A stretch of DNA of 63,947 nt, the filler included, from an uncultured Gemmatimonadota bacterium (GTDB lineage Bacteria; Blakebacterota; Blakebacteria; Blakebacterales; Blakebacteraceae): assembly GCA_964576115.1 (NCBI GenBank). It is 4 parts of 4 records of this genome, joined end to end, with 100 filler letters (N's around TTAATTAATTAA, not from the genome) between each part and the next. Parts side by side here need not be neighbours in the genome. Positions count along the whole stretch, not along the records: positions 57,292 to 63,947 come from CAZNUA010000099.1; 3 more parts are not named here. One strand, given 5' to 3'. Both the position numbers and the translations under genes were made by a program. Numbering within the stretch: the stretch's first letter is position 1; each line of letters opens with the position of its first letter. The notes under the pieces are model-generated. The model was given only the letters and a program-made list of their open reading frames with translations. It was not told the origin of the DNA and did no database searches. Below are positions 63,538 to 63,947 of this stretch, one piece after another.

Positions 63538-63544
63538 GTGTAGG

Positions 63545-63947
63545 TCACTTCTTCTCAGGGTACACGGCTACTATTTCATGTTCAGACCAACCGCTCCAAC
63601 CGGAGCAATTGTGAGCTTTCGCACGATATTGGTAATAGTCCTCCTCTTCTGGATCAACTGTCCAATCTTGATAGTAAGTATATGAATCGCCGCTTTTATC
63701 AACGACACAACTGTCTATGGTATAGAACTCACCATCAAGACCATCCGCCCGTTGTACCAAATAGTAGTCAACCTCATCTTCGGGATCATTGTCATCCCAT
63801 TTTAGCTGTACATATTCTCCCGCCGGCACAAACCAGCCGTAGAATCCCGTAGGGTAATAGGGAACGCTAAACGCAAAGACGAGTGGAGCACCGAAGAGAA
63901 GAAGGGCAAGAATGGTCGCAGGTGCACTGCTACGCTTTAACTTATCC
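63545..63947 (-). CDS. Small secreted fibronectin type III-like protein, lower GC, start just outside window
   Basis: Frame open to the window end: DKLKRSSAPATILALLLFGAPLVFA signal, VQLKWDD, YYLVQRA, YYQD.TV, YQYRAKAHN.SGWSGWS. Confidence 0.7.
   Translation of the reverse strand, partial: DKLKRSSAPATILALLLFGAPLVFAFSVPYYPTGFYGWFVPAGEYVQLKWDDNDPEDEVDYYLVQRADGLDGEFYTIDSCVVDKSGDSYTYYQDWTVDPEEEDYYQYRAKAHNCSGWSGWSEHEIVAVYPEKK

Noticed and set aside
63078-63548. 156-aa minus-strand ORF
   Set aside because: Crosses the hairpin, the junction and the 3' end of the propeller gene; better explained as two gene fragments

Overview
High-GC (roughly 60-65% by eye) bacterial DNA made of four contig pieces joined by artificial 100-bp linkers (44 N + TTAATTAATTAA + 44 N at 19160-19259, 38240-38339, 57192-57291), so gene order must not be read across linkers. 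Gene content suggests a Gemmatimonadota/Latescibacterota/Acidobacteriota-like diderm genome (inference). Pieces 1-2 are accessory: six ADOP-type duplicated ABC permeases (four paired with PadR repressors), secreted peptidases (S8, tricorn), an MFS transporter, a Fic islet with a tRNA 3' remnant and an internally deleted nupC-like pseudogene, a hybrid kinase, an OprB porin, a VOC protein and a VPS10/BNR protein. Piece 3 is the conserved (nusA)-L7Ae-infB-DUF503-rbfA-nrnA-truB-ribF-rpsO-pnp-M16-dut operon, then an ExeA-like ATPase and asnS-leuS. Piece 4 has two tandem serpins, an AAA_14/DUF4143 ATPase, a beta-propeller lipoprotein and the edge of a lower-GC insert. The most notable observation is a probable selenoprotein that the ORF track truncates (51276-52604): signal peptide, thioredoxin-like domain with an in-frame TGA in a U-P-H-C (UxxC) motif followed by a SECIS-like hairpin, and a HEAT-like helical region. 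No database searches were run; family calls come from motif recognition.
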